A stretch of 49,804 bases of DNA. Origin: a virus. The translations under genes were made by a program, and so were the position numbers. The notes below the pieces were generated by a model that saw only the letters and a list, made by a program, of their open reading frames with translations, made no database searches and was not told where the DNA came from. This document shows, in pieces, positions 1 to 7,973 of the stretch. Location of the stretch: IMG/VR virus record IMGVR_UViG_3300009285_000012, one strand, 5' to 3'. Each line of letters begins with the position of its first letter. Positions within the stretch are counted from its first letter, which is position 1.

Positions 1-77
1 TGAAATCAGTCATTTTGGTGCTCCTAGTTGGGTTGATTGGTGGGGCGTTAGATTTGATTGAAGAGCTCAAGGGCTCC
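1..77. repeat. Terminal overlap, identical to 49728..49804 (circular-assembly signature)
   Basis: The 77-nt string TGAAATCAGTCATTTTGGTG...GAGCTCAAGGGCTCC occurs at both window ends. Genes read through the junction coherently. Confidence 0.9.
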
Positions 78-407
78 CTTAAGTTTTCCTATAACTTTTA
101 CCCGTTCAGGTGGGTTTACCTCCTCCACTATTTTAAGTAAGTTGGGAATAGACTCATTGAAGATGTCTATTAGTTCTGTAAGCTGAGCCTCAGGTGAGAG
201 GATTACAGGTTCTAAACCTTCAGCATAATTTGGATCAAACTTAATTTCTACAGTCTTCTCTTTAATAGGTTCTTCTACAATCTCCTTACGTAGATCAGCA
301 AGGGTTTTACCAGGAGTATTTCCTACTTCTGATAAAGTTGCATAAGTTTTTTCTGCCTCTTGAATTTGATCAGAGAGTTTATATCCTGACATCTTTCCAT
401 TCTCCAT
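48..407 (-). CDS. hypothetical acidic protein (119 aa)
   Basis: ORF in the co-directional minus-strand gene train. Its stop lies in the terminal overlap, so on the circle it directly precedes 49273..49740. Start is uncertain (ATG 407 or 392). Confidence 0.5.
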   Translation of the reverse strand: MENGKMSGYKLSDQIQEAEKTYATLSEVGNTPGKTLADLRKEIVEEPIKEKTVEIKFDPNYAEGLEPVILSPEAQLTELIDIFNESIPNLLKIVEEVNPPERVKVIGKLKGALELFNQI

Positions 408-606
408 TATTCTTAAGTTTGTAGATTGTAGCCAATTTCTTGGCCAGTTTTTTGTCTTTCTTGGTGCCTTTGGTAGGACGGTTGAATCTTAGGGTACCTT
501 GAGAACCATCCCATAAGATCCAACCTCTTCTAGCAGACTTCTTAGCCTCCTTTTGAGCAAGTTTATAGTAGAGATTCGGTTTAGTGATTATATTTAATCT
601 ATCCAT
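379..606 (-). CDS. small basic protein (75 aa)
   Basis: ATG at 606 lies 1 nt after the stop of 608..1345 and is preceded by AAGGAGG. Lys/Arg-rich. The track's longer start (633) overlaps the upstream gene. Confidence 0.6.
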   Translation of the reverse strand: MDRLNIITKPNLYYKLAQKEAKKSARRGWILWDGSQGTLRFNRPTKGTKKDKKLAKKLATIYKLKNNGEWKDVRI

Positions 607-607
607 A

Positions 608-1345
608 TTAGACCTCCTTAAGTGTGAAATCAAGTGCAGAGTCTTTCAACTCCACGTCACTATAGTATTCATCAATCCTCCTTGAGATTATACTCAGGTC
701 ATTGGGAATCTTCCCTGGGAACATATTATAAGGGGATTTGGCTGTGGTATAGCCATTAGACTGAGTGGCCAAGTAATAGATGCGCTTATCAGCCTCGGCG
801 TGAAGCTCAGCGAAGAGAACTATGGCTGAGATACCCTCCAAGGTAACTTTATCATCTAGGAGTTTGCCAAGAGTTTTCATCTTCCTTTCGGCTCCAGTAT
901 CTTCTTCGTGAGTAAGGAAGAAGATCTTCAACCCTGGTCTGAGTTTGGTAGTCAGGAGAATTATGTCAAAGATATTCTTAGCCATCATAGTGAATTTGTC
1001 GTAGCCTTTCTCTAGAGCTTTGGCCATAAACTCATTGGCCATGACGTAGTGGCCATCGTCTATAACGAGGTCAAGCCATTTTGGATTCTTACTGACCTCG
1101 ATCATGACTCGGCGAATGGTGGCAGTGTCAGAGGAGATAGTCATATTGACACCCTCTTGATACTTTATGCCCTTGGGAAATGGGAGAGGTTTGCCCAGTA
1201 CGTTAATGAGATAGGTGGTGTCAGGGTTCATGTTACGCAGGGCGGTGGACTTGCCTCGGCCAGATTTGCCTATGACTAGGATGGGGATGGACTTCTGGCC
1301 TTTGTACATAGAGACTGCATTATCAGAGTTGATTGGATCAGGCAT
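608..1345 (-). CDS. P-loop NTPase (replication/recombination-associated ATPase, Sak4/AAA_24-like guess)
   Basis: Walker A VIGKSGRGKST and Walker B LDLVIDD. Sits in the replication module next to the nuclease and the SSB candidate. Confidence 0.65.
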   Translation of the reverse strand: MPDPINSDNAVSMYKGQKSIPILVIGKSGRGKSTALRNMNPDTTYLINVLGKPLPFPKGIKYQEGVNMTISSDTATIRRVMIEVSKNPKWLDLVIDDGHYVMANEFMAKALEKGYDKFTMMAKNIFDIILLTTKLRPGLKIFFLTHEEDTGAERKMKTLGKLLDDKVTLEGISAIVLFAELHAEADKRIYYLATQSNGYTTAKSPYNMFPGKIPNDLSIISRRIDEYYSDVELKDSALDFTLKEV

Positions 1346-1532
1346 TTGGGGCCTCAGTAGTATTTAAGGTTAGTTCGATTTCCTCAAGATAGTCTATCAG
1401 CCTGGAGAGTAGATGGATGGGGATTTCTATTCTCCCTACATAGGTGAAGTGCTCACTACGAGAGAGAATAATTATCTTATCAACGCCAGGTTCGATAGTA
1501 ATGAGTTTGTCGAGAGAGTAGTAAGTAGGCAT
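1338..1532 (-). CDS. hypothetical protein (64 aa)
   Basis: Overlaps the downstream gene start by 8 nt (coupled). Co-directional. Confidence 0.5.
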   Translation of the reverse strand: MPTYYSLDKLITIEPGVDKIIILSRSEHFTYVGRIEIPIHLLSRLIDYLEEIELTLNTTEAPNA

Positions 1533-1544
1533 CTTAATCCTTTC

Positions 1545-1781
1545 CTATTTTAGAGTTTCTATCTCTTTTAAGATGGTGCGGAAATCAGCGACGGCCATCC
1601 TCAAGTCCATTGCGTCTCCTTCGGTGGCAATCATAAGGTCAGGATGTACCCAGTGACCCTTTCCTGCACCTTCTTTAGGATTAGTGAGGGGGCGAGGAGA
1701 AATTCTCCTCAGGAGGATATTCATCCTGGCACTGAGGGTTACTGTGATTCGTTCAAGTCTGGATTTGGCTAAGACTGGCAT
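1545..1781 (-). CDS. small protein with possible ribbon-helix-helix N-terminus
   Basis: N-terminal RLERITVTLSARMNILLRR resembles an RHH strand-helix. Weak, motif only. Confidence 0.35.
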   Translation of the reverse strand: MPVLAKSRLERITVTLSARMNILLRRISPRPLTNPKEGAGKGHWVHPDLMIATEGDAMDLRMAVADFRTILKEIETLK

Positions 1782-1792
1782 AATCTTTCCTC

Positions 1793-2749
1793 CTACAGAG
1801 TTAGTACTTCGCGTAAAGGCTCATCCAGGGGATTCCAAAACTCCACTTGCATGTCAATAGGAATTTGGTGAAGGTGCTGGAGAGGGTTAGGCCAACTCAT
1901 ACAGAGTTCTAGGTAGGGGCACCTAGTGTTATAGTTGGAACAGTTGCGACCGTTGCATGGGAAGGCAGTCATTACATCCGCCCCTATAGGGGTGGCGCTG
2001 AGGCGCTCCAGATCTAAGCGTATAAGATTAATCCATTGCTTAGTGTTCTCAAGCCAGATGTTCATCTGAGCATTGTTAAGCATGATGGGAAAGCGCTTGA
2101 GGATGAACTCAGATTTTTTAGTTTTCTTGAAACAGAGGCAGTTGATGGTAATTCCCTCTACGTCTTCAGGAGGGAAGAGGCAGTTGAGGACATGAGTGTA
2201 AGTGCCACACTGAATTCCCATCATGTGTTCGTAGTAGTAGAAATCAGAGATATAGTTACCACCTTTAGTTTTGTGCTCAAGGGAGAAGTACTTCCCTGTC
2301 TCTCTATTGAGAAGGATAGTGTCCATTTTGAATGCGATGCTATAGCCTTCTCCAAGAGAGACAGTGCCACCGAATTCAGTCTTGTAGACTTCATACTTGG
2401 TGAGATCATCTCGGTAGGTCTTAAGGTATTCGATGAGCATGTCGAAGAAACGTCCTGGGGTTTTGGGAGTGAAGATGGCATCAGTCTCTTCAGGGAAGGC
2501 AAAGCGATACTCGTCGTTGAAGATTTGTAGGGCTTCCATTACAGATTCGACTCGGTAGCCGTTCATGATCATGTGTTCCATAGCCATATGGACAGCCTTG
2601 CCAAAATGGAGATGATTGTTAGGCCTGGCACTTCTCCATCCGAGGAGATACTCATAGAAGAAGCGTCTAGGACAGTCCTGATAGTTCTGGATCTTAGTGG
2701 AATCTAAGACCTCTTGTGAGGGATGGTAGGGTATGGGTAGATTAATCAT
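1793..2749 (-). CDS. PD-(D/E)XK Cas4/RecB-like exonuclease with Fe-S Cys cluster
   Basis: N-terminal DCPRRFFYEYLLG Cys motif, a D...EHK core (MDTILL...SLEHKTK) and C-terminal CNGRNCSNYNTRCPYLELC. Start chosen at ATG 2749 (GGAGG 8 nt upstream, ATGATTAA overlap with the stop of 2742..3080). Confidence 0.8.
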   Translation of the reverse strand: MINLPIPYHPSQEVLDSTKIQNYQDCPRRFFYEYLLGWRSARPNNHLHFGKAVHMAMEHMIMNGYRVESVMEALQIFNDEYRFAFPEETDAIFTPKTPGRFFDMLIEYLKTYRDDLTKYEVYKTEFGGTVSLGEGYSIAFKMDTILLNRETGKYFSLEHKTKGGNYISDFYYYEHMMGIQCGTYTHVLNCLFPPEDVEGITINCLCFKKTKKSEFILKRFPIMLNNAQMNIWLENTKQWINLIRLDLERLSATPIGADVMTAFPCNGRNCSNYNTRCPYLELCMSWPNPLQHLHQIPIDMQVEFWNPLDEPLREVLTL

Positions 2750-3080
2750 TCCAGAAGCCTCCATTCGTGAAATCTTCAAAACTTATTTGCCGACTCTTGT
2801 AGTGCCCAATGCCTACATTGTCGAGATGATAGATGAGAAGGTTGAGGACACCATGCCTAAGGCCGAACATAGTACATAGAATTGAACTGAGGATAGCGGG
2901 GCCAGTAATGAGAATGTAATCATCAGGGGAACTCCTTACAATGTGGGGGAGGAAGGTGCGATACATCCGACCTATGGCCAGGATGCTGATTTTGCCATGA
3001 GTTAAGTATTCCAGAGAGCCATACTTGGCTGCACCTGAAAAGTCATGGTAGGCCTTATTTGGTATAAAGACTTTGGGCAT
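2742..3080 (-). CDS. hypothetical protein (112 aa)
   Basis: Co-directional ORF, tightly packed. Confidence 0.5.
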   Translation of the reverse strand: MPKVFIPNKAYHDFSGAAKYGSLEYLTHGKISILAIGRMYRTFLPHIVRSSPDDYILITGPAILSSILCTMFGLRHGVLNLLIYHLDNVGIGHYKSRQISFEDFTNGGFWND

Positions 3081-3081
3081 C

Positions 3082-3297
3082 TTAGTAACCTCTTAATTTT
3101 GTAACTCTAAAAGGATTTGAAAGTACTACTCTGTACTTATCAACTTCTTTAGAGAGTTTTATAAATCTAAATTGCAATGCAGGAGAGAAGATAATATCTC
3201 CATCTGGAGATTTACATTGCATTAAGATATCAGTAGAGTTCTGAAATTCTTCAGGAACTTTTTCTTTTATAATATGAAGTAACTCTGATACTAACAT
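3082..3297 (-). CDS. hypothetical protein (71 aa), AT-rich
   Basis: GGAGG SD upstream of ATG 3297. Motif copy 3310..3336 lies 12 nt upstream. Confidence 0.5.
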   Translation of the reverse strand: MLVSELLHIIKEKVPEEFQNSTDILMQCKSPDGDIIFSPALQFRFIKLSKEVDKYRVVLSNPFRVTKLRGY

Positions 3298-3309
3298 AAG
3301 ATGCCTCCA

Positions 3310-3336
3310 TTGCTATGTTAATTAATGATATAAAGG
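3310..3336. promoter_or_regulatory. Palindromic-motif copy (one degenerate arm)
   Basis: TTGCTATGTTAATTAATGATATAAAGG. 12 nt upstream of ATG 3297 (minus). Its degenerate arm CTTTATATCA matches that of copy 13538. Confidence 0.65.
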
Positions 3337-3345
3337 AATTAAAGA

Positions 3346-3549
3346 TTAGAGAGTATTAATAGTAGAATATACTACATAGGAAGACCTTTTACTATTAACT
3401 ACTTCCTTGGTTATTGATACTTCAAAACCTGCATCTGTAAAATATTTAGCAGATTTTTTAGCATCTTTTAAAATTCTGTGTGTAGGCTTAAGCTCCCATC
3501 TATTTCCTGAAGAGTGAATAAGCAGTATTGAATAAGATATATTTCTCAT
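3346..3549 (-). CDS. hypothetical protein (67 aa), AT-rich
   Basis: 4-nt overlap with the ligase stop/start region. Co-directional. Confidence 0.5.
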   Translation of the reverse strand: MRNISYSILLIHSSGNRWELKPTHRILKDAKKSAKYFTDAGFEVSITKEVVNSKRSSYVVYSTINTL

Positions 3550-4409
3550 ATTATCCTTACAGCCCTTGAGAAGAGGGGAACTTTAGCCTTGTCACTTAGA
3601 ACCTGGTATTCGACTCTAAGGAATTTTCCATGAATCTCTTCAGGAGCATCAAGCCACTGCCACCAAATCTCCATTCTTTCCTTGTGGGAGAGATGGCCAG
3701 CTCCGACGTTGAATTCAGTGCCCATGTCGTCGATGCAGGTGAATCCTCCTAGCATCTTCTTTCCAGTACCACTAGCTGATATGGCCTCATAGACATTGAG
3801 AATTTGATATTCGTCAGTGCATTTAGGCTTGAATTTCATCATGGCACCAGTACGATGGTTGGTGTAGAGGGAGTCAACATGACGAATGATGAAGCCCTCA
3901 TAGCCATTAGCAATGTAGGCTGAGTAACACTCGTAAACCTGTTCGAGATTGAAGCAGATGTTTGGATCTACAAGGTGGATATGGCCGAGGGATTTAGATC
4001 CTTTGAAGAGATGAGTTAGGGAGATAGAGCGCTCTATTTGAGTGCCACCATTCATGTGGTCGAATAGATGGAGTTGCATCTCAGAGGCTTTAGGATGGAT
4101 GGTAGTCACTGTGGAGACTACTGAGTGGATCTCGGCCCAGGTCCAGCCATGGACGTAGAGTTCTCCGTCGTATTCTCCATCAGGTAAGGAGAGACCAGAA
4201 TGGTTGATGTGAGGGACAGAGGAGATAATTTCAGCAGTGCTGCTCAGGAGGAGGCACCTTCCGTCAGACACGATCATTCTGCAGCGCTCACCGTTTAGTT
4301 TGGGCTGGAGGATGTAGGGGGGACGCCAGATCAGGGGATAGCGCCCCTGATTGAGGAGGCGCTTCTCAGAGAAGGGTTCAGCTAATTGGATGTCAACTCG
4401 TTTAGGCAT
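3546..4409 (-). CDS. ATP-dependent DNA ligase
   Basis: Nucleotidyltransferase motifs in order: I QPKLNGER (Asn replaces the usual Asp of KxDGxR), III DGELYV, IV EGFIIR, V MMKFKPK. Confidence 0.85.
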   Translation of the reverse strand: MPKRVDIQLAEPFSEKRLLNQGRYPLIWRPPYILQPKLNGERCRMIVSDGRCLLLSSTAEIISSVPHINHSGLSLPDGEYDGELYVHGWTWAEIHSVVSTVTTIHPKASEMQLHLFDHMNGGTQIERSISLTHLFKGSKSLGHIHLVDPNICFNLEQVYECYSAYIANGYEGFIIRHVDSLYTNHRTGAMMKFKPKCTDEYQILNVYEAISASGTGKKMLGGFTCIDDMGTEFNVGAGHLSHKERMEIWWQWLDAPEEIHGKFLRVEYQVLSDKAKVPLFSRAVRII

Positions 4410-4651
4410 TACTCTTCCTCCCTATGTATAAGGCAGAATATTTTGACTCCTTCAAGTGTTACACTGGCACAGTCATACTCCAAAGAATGGTGTATGATAT
4501 CATACGCAATGAATTCTTTTAGGAAGGTCGAGGAAGATACATGAATCTCAGCCACTCCAAAAGAACTAGAAAAAGTTAATATGTCAGTAGAATGATCTAA
4601 AGATTTTAGAGTTCTAGCTAACTCGGATAACTTTCTGCGGGATGTAGGCAT
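4409..4651 (-). CDS. hypothetical protein (80 aa)
   Basis: ATG 4651 is preceded by GGGAGG. The stop overlaps the ligase ATG. Confidence 0.5.
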   Translation of the reverse strand: MPTSRRKLSELARTLKSLDHSTDILTFSSSFGVAEIHVSSSTFLKEFIAYDIIHHSLEYDCASVTLEGVKIFCLIHREEE

Positions 4652-4715
4652 TTGGGCCTCCCTCTGAAGCAATGCTCCAGGAATGTTTTTGTTATATTTT
4701 GGTGACACCTAGATT

Positions 4716-4739
4716 AAGAAAATACCCCCCACAGTGGGG
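4716..4739 (-). terminator. Rho-independent terminator candidate after 4777..5172
   Basis: Minus strand reads CCCCA-CTG-TGGGG followed by GGTATTTTCTT. It lies 38 nt after the stop. Confidence 0.5.
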
Positions 4740-4776
4740 AACTGTGAGAGGTATTGGACTATATCTGCAGGGTGGA

Positions 4777-5172
4777 TTAGAACCCAGGAACTCCCAATTC
4801 TTTGAGGTAGGCAGCCTGTTTCTCGGGCGACCAAGTATGGAAGGCAGCCTTGACGGCCTCGACAGGGTTGACCTGAGTCTTTTCGAGGGCGACGCCAAGG
4901 ACATAAGTGGACATGAATTCGGAGATTGCTTCAGCAGTGAGGCCGGCCTTGAGTTTGGCCCGAATGATGCCCTGAATTGCCACACGAGCGTTGGCCTTGT
5001 AGTTGCTGAAGATTACATCGGCGCCAAATTTCTCGGCGGCCAGATCCAGAGTGTCCCCAAGGTCGTATTCGACTGAGGCCTCTTGCCACATTGGTTTTCC
5101 TTCTGCGTCGAGGACGGCAGAATTGTTTTCATCTTTTACTTGATACCGTGCGGAGATTGTTTCTTTTGCCAT
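4777..5172 (-). CDS. hypothetical protein (131 aa), GC-rich moron-like gene
   Basis: ATG 5172 with AAAGGTG SD. Visibly higher GC than its neighbours. Has its own promoter (5241..5269) and terminator (4716..4739). Confidence 0.6.
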   Translation of the reverse strand: MAKETISARYQVKDENNSAVLDAEGKPMWQEASVEYDLGDTLDLAAEKFGADVIFSNYKANARVAIQGIIRAKLKAGLTAEAISEFMSTYVLGVALEKTQVNPVEAVKAAFHTWSPEKQAAYLKELGVPGF

Positions 5173-5240
5173 GTTGAGCACCTTTGGTTAGATTTGGCCC
5201 TGACGGGCGATTGGCCGATGGTGGCCGGAAATGAACCCAT

Positions 5241-5269
5241 ATGTTAACATAGAGGGGGGAGGATTGCAA
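5241..5269 (-). promoter_or_regulatory. sigma70-type promoter with extended -10
   Basis: Minus strand reads TTGCAA-17 nt-TAACAT, with TG at -15/-14 (TGTTAACAT). It lies about 60 nt upstream of ATG 5172. Confidence 0.5.
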
Positions 5270-5301
5270 TATCTGGGGAAATTATTTTTATCTTCTCCAT
5301 A

Positions 5302-5484
5302 TCACATAGAATTTAGGCGATAGTTTACCTCGTTTACTACATATTGAAGATCTTCTTTTACGTAGATCATTTCATTAGATGTTAGGATGAGAGTATTTTC
5401 CCCATCAGAGGATAGGGATACTACCCAGACTGCATTGATGAAGATGGGGCGTGAGTCCAGTTTGTGAAGTTCCATTAGATCCAT
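5302..5484 (-). CDS. hypothetical protein (60 aa)
   Basis: Starts 1 nt after the upstream stop. Co-directional. Confidence 0.45.
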   Translation of the reverse strand: MDLMELHKLDSRPIFINAVWVVSLSSDGENTLILTSNEMIYVKEDLQYVVNEVNYRLNSM

Positions 5485-5485
5485 G

Positions 5486-5929
5486 TTAGTCTCCTAACTT
5501 AGAGGTGAAATCTTTGAGGAGGTCGGCCACCAGAGAGGCTTGCTCCGTTGAGGAGAGTTCCTCGAAGAGGGCTTTCATCTTGGTTTCTATTACTACTTTT
5601 TTGTCAGTGGAGGCTGCTCTAGACACTTTCTTAATCTTACCTTGGAGCTCAGCCTCTCGGATGATCAGAGCTCGGTCAAGTTCAGTGAGGCGTTTAACCT
5701 CATCTGCTGCGACCTCAAGCTCGTGATAGAGAGTCCTTCTCCAGCAGGTTGCATCAGCCAATTCTGCCTTCACCCCGGCGAGGATAGGACGGAGTTCAGA
5801 TAGGTAGATTATCTTAGAAAGGAATTGCTTTGTTAATTTATGATACATAGCATTCCCATTTTGAGGAACTGCGTTCCGCTCATCGATAGAAGATTGGGCT
5901 AGAGGATCGTAAGGGGCGGAGTAGGTCAT
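5486..5929 (-). CDS. hypothetical coiled-coil protein (147 aa)
   Basis: AAGGA SD 7 nt before ATG 5929. Contains an in-frame copy of the palindromic motif (codons AMYHKLTKQ). Confidence 0.55.
   Translation of the reverse strand: MTYSAPYDPLAQSSIDERNAVPQNGNAMYHKLTKQFLSKIIYLSELRPILAGVKAELADATCWRRTLYHELEVAADEVKRLTELDRALIIREAELQGKIKKVSRAASTDKKVVIETKMKALFEELSSTEQASLVADLLKDFTSKLGD
5825..5851. repeat. Palindromic-motif copy inside CDS 5486..5929
   Basis: Plus strand TTGCTTTGTTAATTTATGATACATAGC. 5824..5854 is 31/31 identical to 40910..40940. Confidence 0.85.
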
Positions 5930-5942
5930 ATTAGGATCCTTG

Positions 5943-6158
5943 TTAAAGAGGTTTGTCTGCTTTCAGATCTTTTAAGACTTCTATGAGATCCAGTGTAGAT
6001 ATAGCTCTCCAGAATCTTGCACCATGGATGTTTAATAGTTTTACCCAATTTCCAGATGGAGAAATCTCAATAACCTTGAGTTCCTCTACTGTTACGTTGG
6101 TGAAATGACTGTTTATTTTGAACAAGCATCGTTTTCCTAAAAGTTCAGTAATGTTCAT
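5943..6158 (-). CDS. hypothetical protein (71 aa)
   Basis: TAAGGA SD before ATG 6158. Confidence 0.5.
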   Translation of the reverse strand: MNITELLGKRCLFKINSHFTNVTVEELKVIEISPSGNWVKLLNIHGARFWRAISTLDLIEVLKDLKADKPL

Positions 6159-6257
6159 TTAGATTCCTTAGGTAAGATTAGTATTGAGGCATACCACTAA
6201 GATACCAGTATGTGAGCCAGGTTAGAGAGGTTGTCCAGAGGAGGATGTAGAAGTATT

Positions 6258-6656
6258 TCATTCAAGTTCATCCTCAGTCGGCAGTCGCCATTCGTCCCAG
6301 TCTTCATCTTCTTGTTCCTTATTCCAGGACGTTGCCCCGCTGCCGAAAGTCAGGATTCTACCACTAACTGAGACTCGGCTAAAATATCTCTTGCGCCACC
6401 TCCCGCCCTTATCCCTCACCATTACCCTGTCGTCAATCTTCAAGACAACGTGCTTGATGAGTTCGCCGTTAACAATCTGATGAAGTGAGTCTTTCCAGTC
6501 GGAGACTTCGGGCATTTCGAAGCCCTTCGCCCACCACACCACACCATCACCAGTTACCTCCCAACTTTTACCATTCCGGCGTGGGCGATCACAGTGCATC
6601 CACCAATCTCCGTTCTCATCCATCGCCGCCCACTTCCATCTAGATTTAATTTTCAT
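6258..6656 (-). CDS. hypothetical Trp-rich protein (132 aa)
   Basis: Co-directional ORF. 4-nt overlap with the upstream gene. Confidence 0.5.
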   Translation of the reverse strand: MKIKSRWKWAAMDENGDWWMHCDRPRRNGKSWEVTGDGVVWWAKGFEMPEVSDWKDSLHQIVNGELIKHVVLKIDDRVMVRDKGGRWRKRYFSRVSVSGRILTFGSGATSWNKEQEDEDWDEWRLPTEDELE

Positions 6657-7195
6657 TCTAATTCTCCTTTGTTGATAGGGTCATCAGGGTGGATGGCCAA
6701 GTCTCTTAGGGTTTCATCTTTCCATCCCCCAGGTTTAGGCCTTGGGGTTAGAGTTAGATCCTGTGTAAATAGAGCCTTGAGACGTTGCTCAGCCTCCTTC
6801 AAATTCAATCCGATTTCTCCTGAGATGTCTCGTACTAACTCCTGCTGAGGCCGAGAGATGGATTGAGTCAAGGAGGAGGTATCTAAACGACCCTCAGCCA
6901 TGATGGCCTTGAGGAGGTTCTTCTTCTGGAGGCCTCCCAACTCAAGGCCCATCTCAGAAATGATGGCCTGAGCATCTGCTTGAGTCGAGACCATTTCTAC
7001 CAGGCCAGATGAGGAAAGCATCTCGGCTAGGCCCTCCAGACTGAGACGAGACAATTCTGAGATTGACCTAGAGCGTTCTCCCACACTGGACCAGAACTTG
7101 GCCAAGGTGGCTAGGTGGCGGAGGTCCACCCTGGTGGAGAGGCTTAGGGTAGGTGGGCGTCTATTTATTTCATCTAGTTTCATATAAGGCCTCAA
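6653..7195 (-). CDS. hypothetical protein (about 176-180 aa)
   Basis: Co-directional ORF. Start is ATG 7195 or 7183. Confidence 0.5.
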   Translation of the reverse strand: MRPYMKLDEINRRPPTLSLSTRVDLRHLATLAKFWSSVGERSRSISELSRLSLEGLAEMLSSSGLVEMVSTQADAQAIISEMGLELGGLQKKNLLKAIMAEGRLDTSSLTQSISRPQQELVRDISGEIGLNLKEAEQRLKALFTQDLTLTPRPKPGGWKDETLRDLAIHPDDPINKGELE

Positions 7196-7412
7196 TTTTT
7201 TTACTAATATCTTCCCAGAAATCTTGGCCTTGAGGAGTAGATTCCCATACGAAGATATTATCTATTGTATCATCCTTATCATTTTTTGAGAATTCTGGTA
7301 TCTCCATAGCCCTGTTGATCAGATAGGTAGCAGCTTCAGTAGAGACTTTGTGAGTATCATAGATGAGAGACGCATAGGTTCCAGAGATAGGACGATTAGA
7401 TGGATAGTTCAT
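7170..7412 (-). CDS. hypothetical protein (80 aa)
   Basis: TAAGGAG SD before ATG 7412. Confidence 0.5.
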   Translation of the reverse strand: MNYPSNRPISGTYASLIYDTHKVSTEAATYLINRAMEIPEFSKNDKDDTIDNIFVWESTPQGQDFWEDISKKIEALYETR

Positions 7413-7462
7413 AGAAAGCTCCTTAGGCCTTTTAGTGTCATGCCTAGGACCATTGGAGAGGG

Positions 7463-7810
7463 TTAGTTAGTTAGGGACATTGTATTGAAAATGTCCTTAA
7501 GATCCTCTTCAGTAACACCTTCATCCATAAGGAGATCTTTGAGCATTTCAGCAATAGGGTTAGATGTAAGACCAAAAGTAGTTTTGGGCATTCTGGCAAA
7601 TTCAGCCTCAGGCATTTCCTCCAAGTCTTTAGTCAGGCAGATTCCTGACATATGCTTGTCACAGAAGACAGTGAGGCCACATTTGAGGTGGATGAAGTCA
7701 GCTCCCATTTTATTCATTTTGGAGAGGATGAGTGAGTTTTGGATGATTACTGGCATAGGAGACTCCTTAGGGTTAGGGTAGAGTGGGTGAAACTGTGGCT
7801 TTGTCACCAT
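7463..7810 (-). CDS. hypothetical protein (115 aa)
   Basis: First ORF downstream of motif copy 7894..7922. Confidence 0.5.
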   Translation of the reverse strand: MVTKPQFHPLYPNPKESPMPVIIQNSLILSKMNKMGADFIHLKCGLTVFCDKHMSGICLTKDLEEMPEAEFARMPKTTFGLTSNPIAEMLKDLLMDEGVTEEDLKDIFNTMSLTN

Positions 7811-7893
7811 ATGTTACACCCATTTGGGCCATTTGGCAATACCTAAAGGATAAATATTATTAGGCCTGCGGCCTAGGTTAGAGAGTGGGTGGA

Positions 7894-7922
7894 TTGCTAC
7901 GTGTCATTTTGATACATAGCAA
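7894..7922. promoter_or_regulatory. Palindromic-motif copy (A+A type)
   Basis: TTGCTACGTGTCATTTTGATACATAGCAA. The inverted repeat extends to GGATTGCTA...TAGCAATCC (7891..7925). Intergenic. Confidence 0.8.
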
Positions 7923-7973
7923 TCCATCTCCCTTCTGAGTAAGATGCCCAGGTGTAAAGCCTGAGGGCTTCCG

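Noticed and set aside
1-77. Reading the 77-nt terminal repeat as a biological direct terminal repeat
   Set aside because: Its length matches a common assembler k-mer and also the internal 77-nt duplication. Genes read straight through it. True termini cannot be inferred from this sequence alone.
2865-4430. Isolated motif half-sites in coding sequence (ACATAGTACATAGAA near 2866, TACATAGGAAG near 3374, CCTATGTATAAGG near 4421)
   Set aside because: These are single arms without the 11-nt spacer and partner arm, so they are expected by chance. The 4421 half-site does sit just before the ligase SD (ATACATAGGGAGGAAG), echoing the CATAGGA-SD context of full sites. I judged that too weak to call.
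7808-7822. CATATGTTACACCC as another motif or promoter copy
   Set aside because: Only one half-site is present and it overlaps the ATG of 7463..7810. A -10 at this position could not serve that gene.
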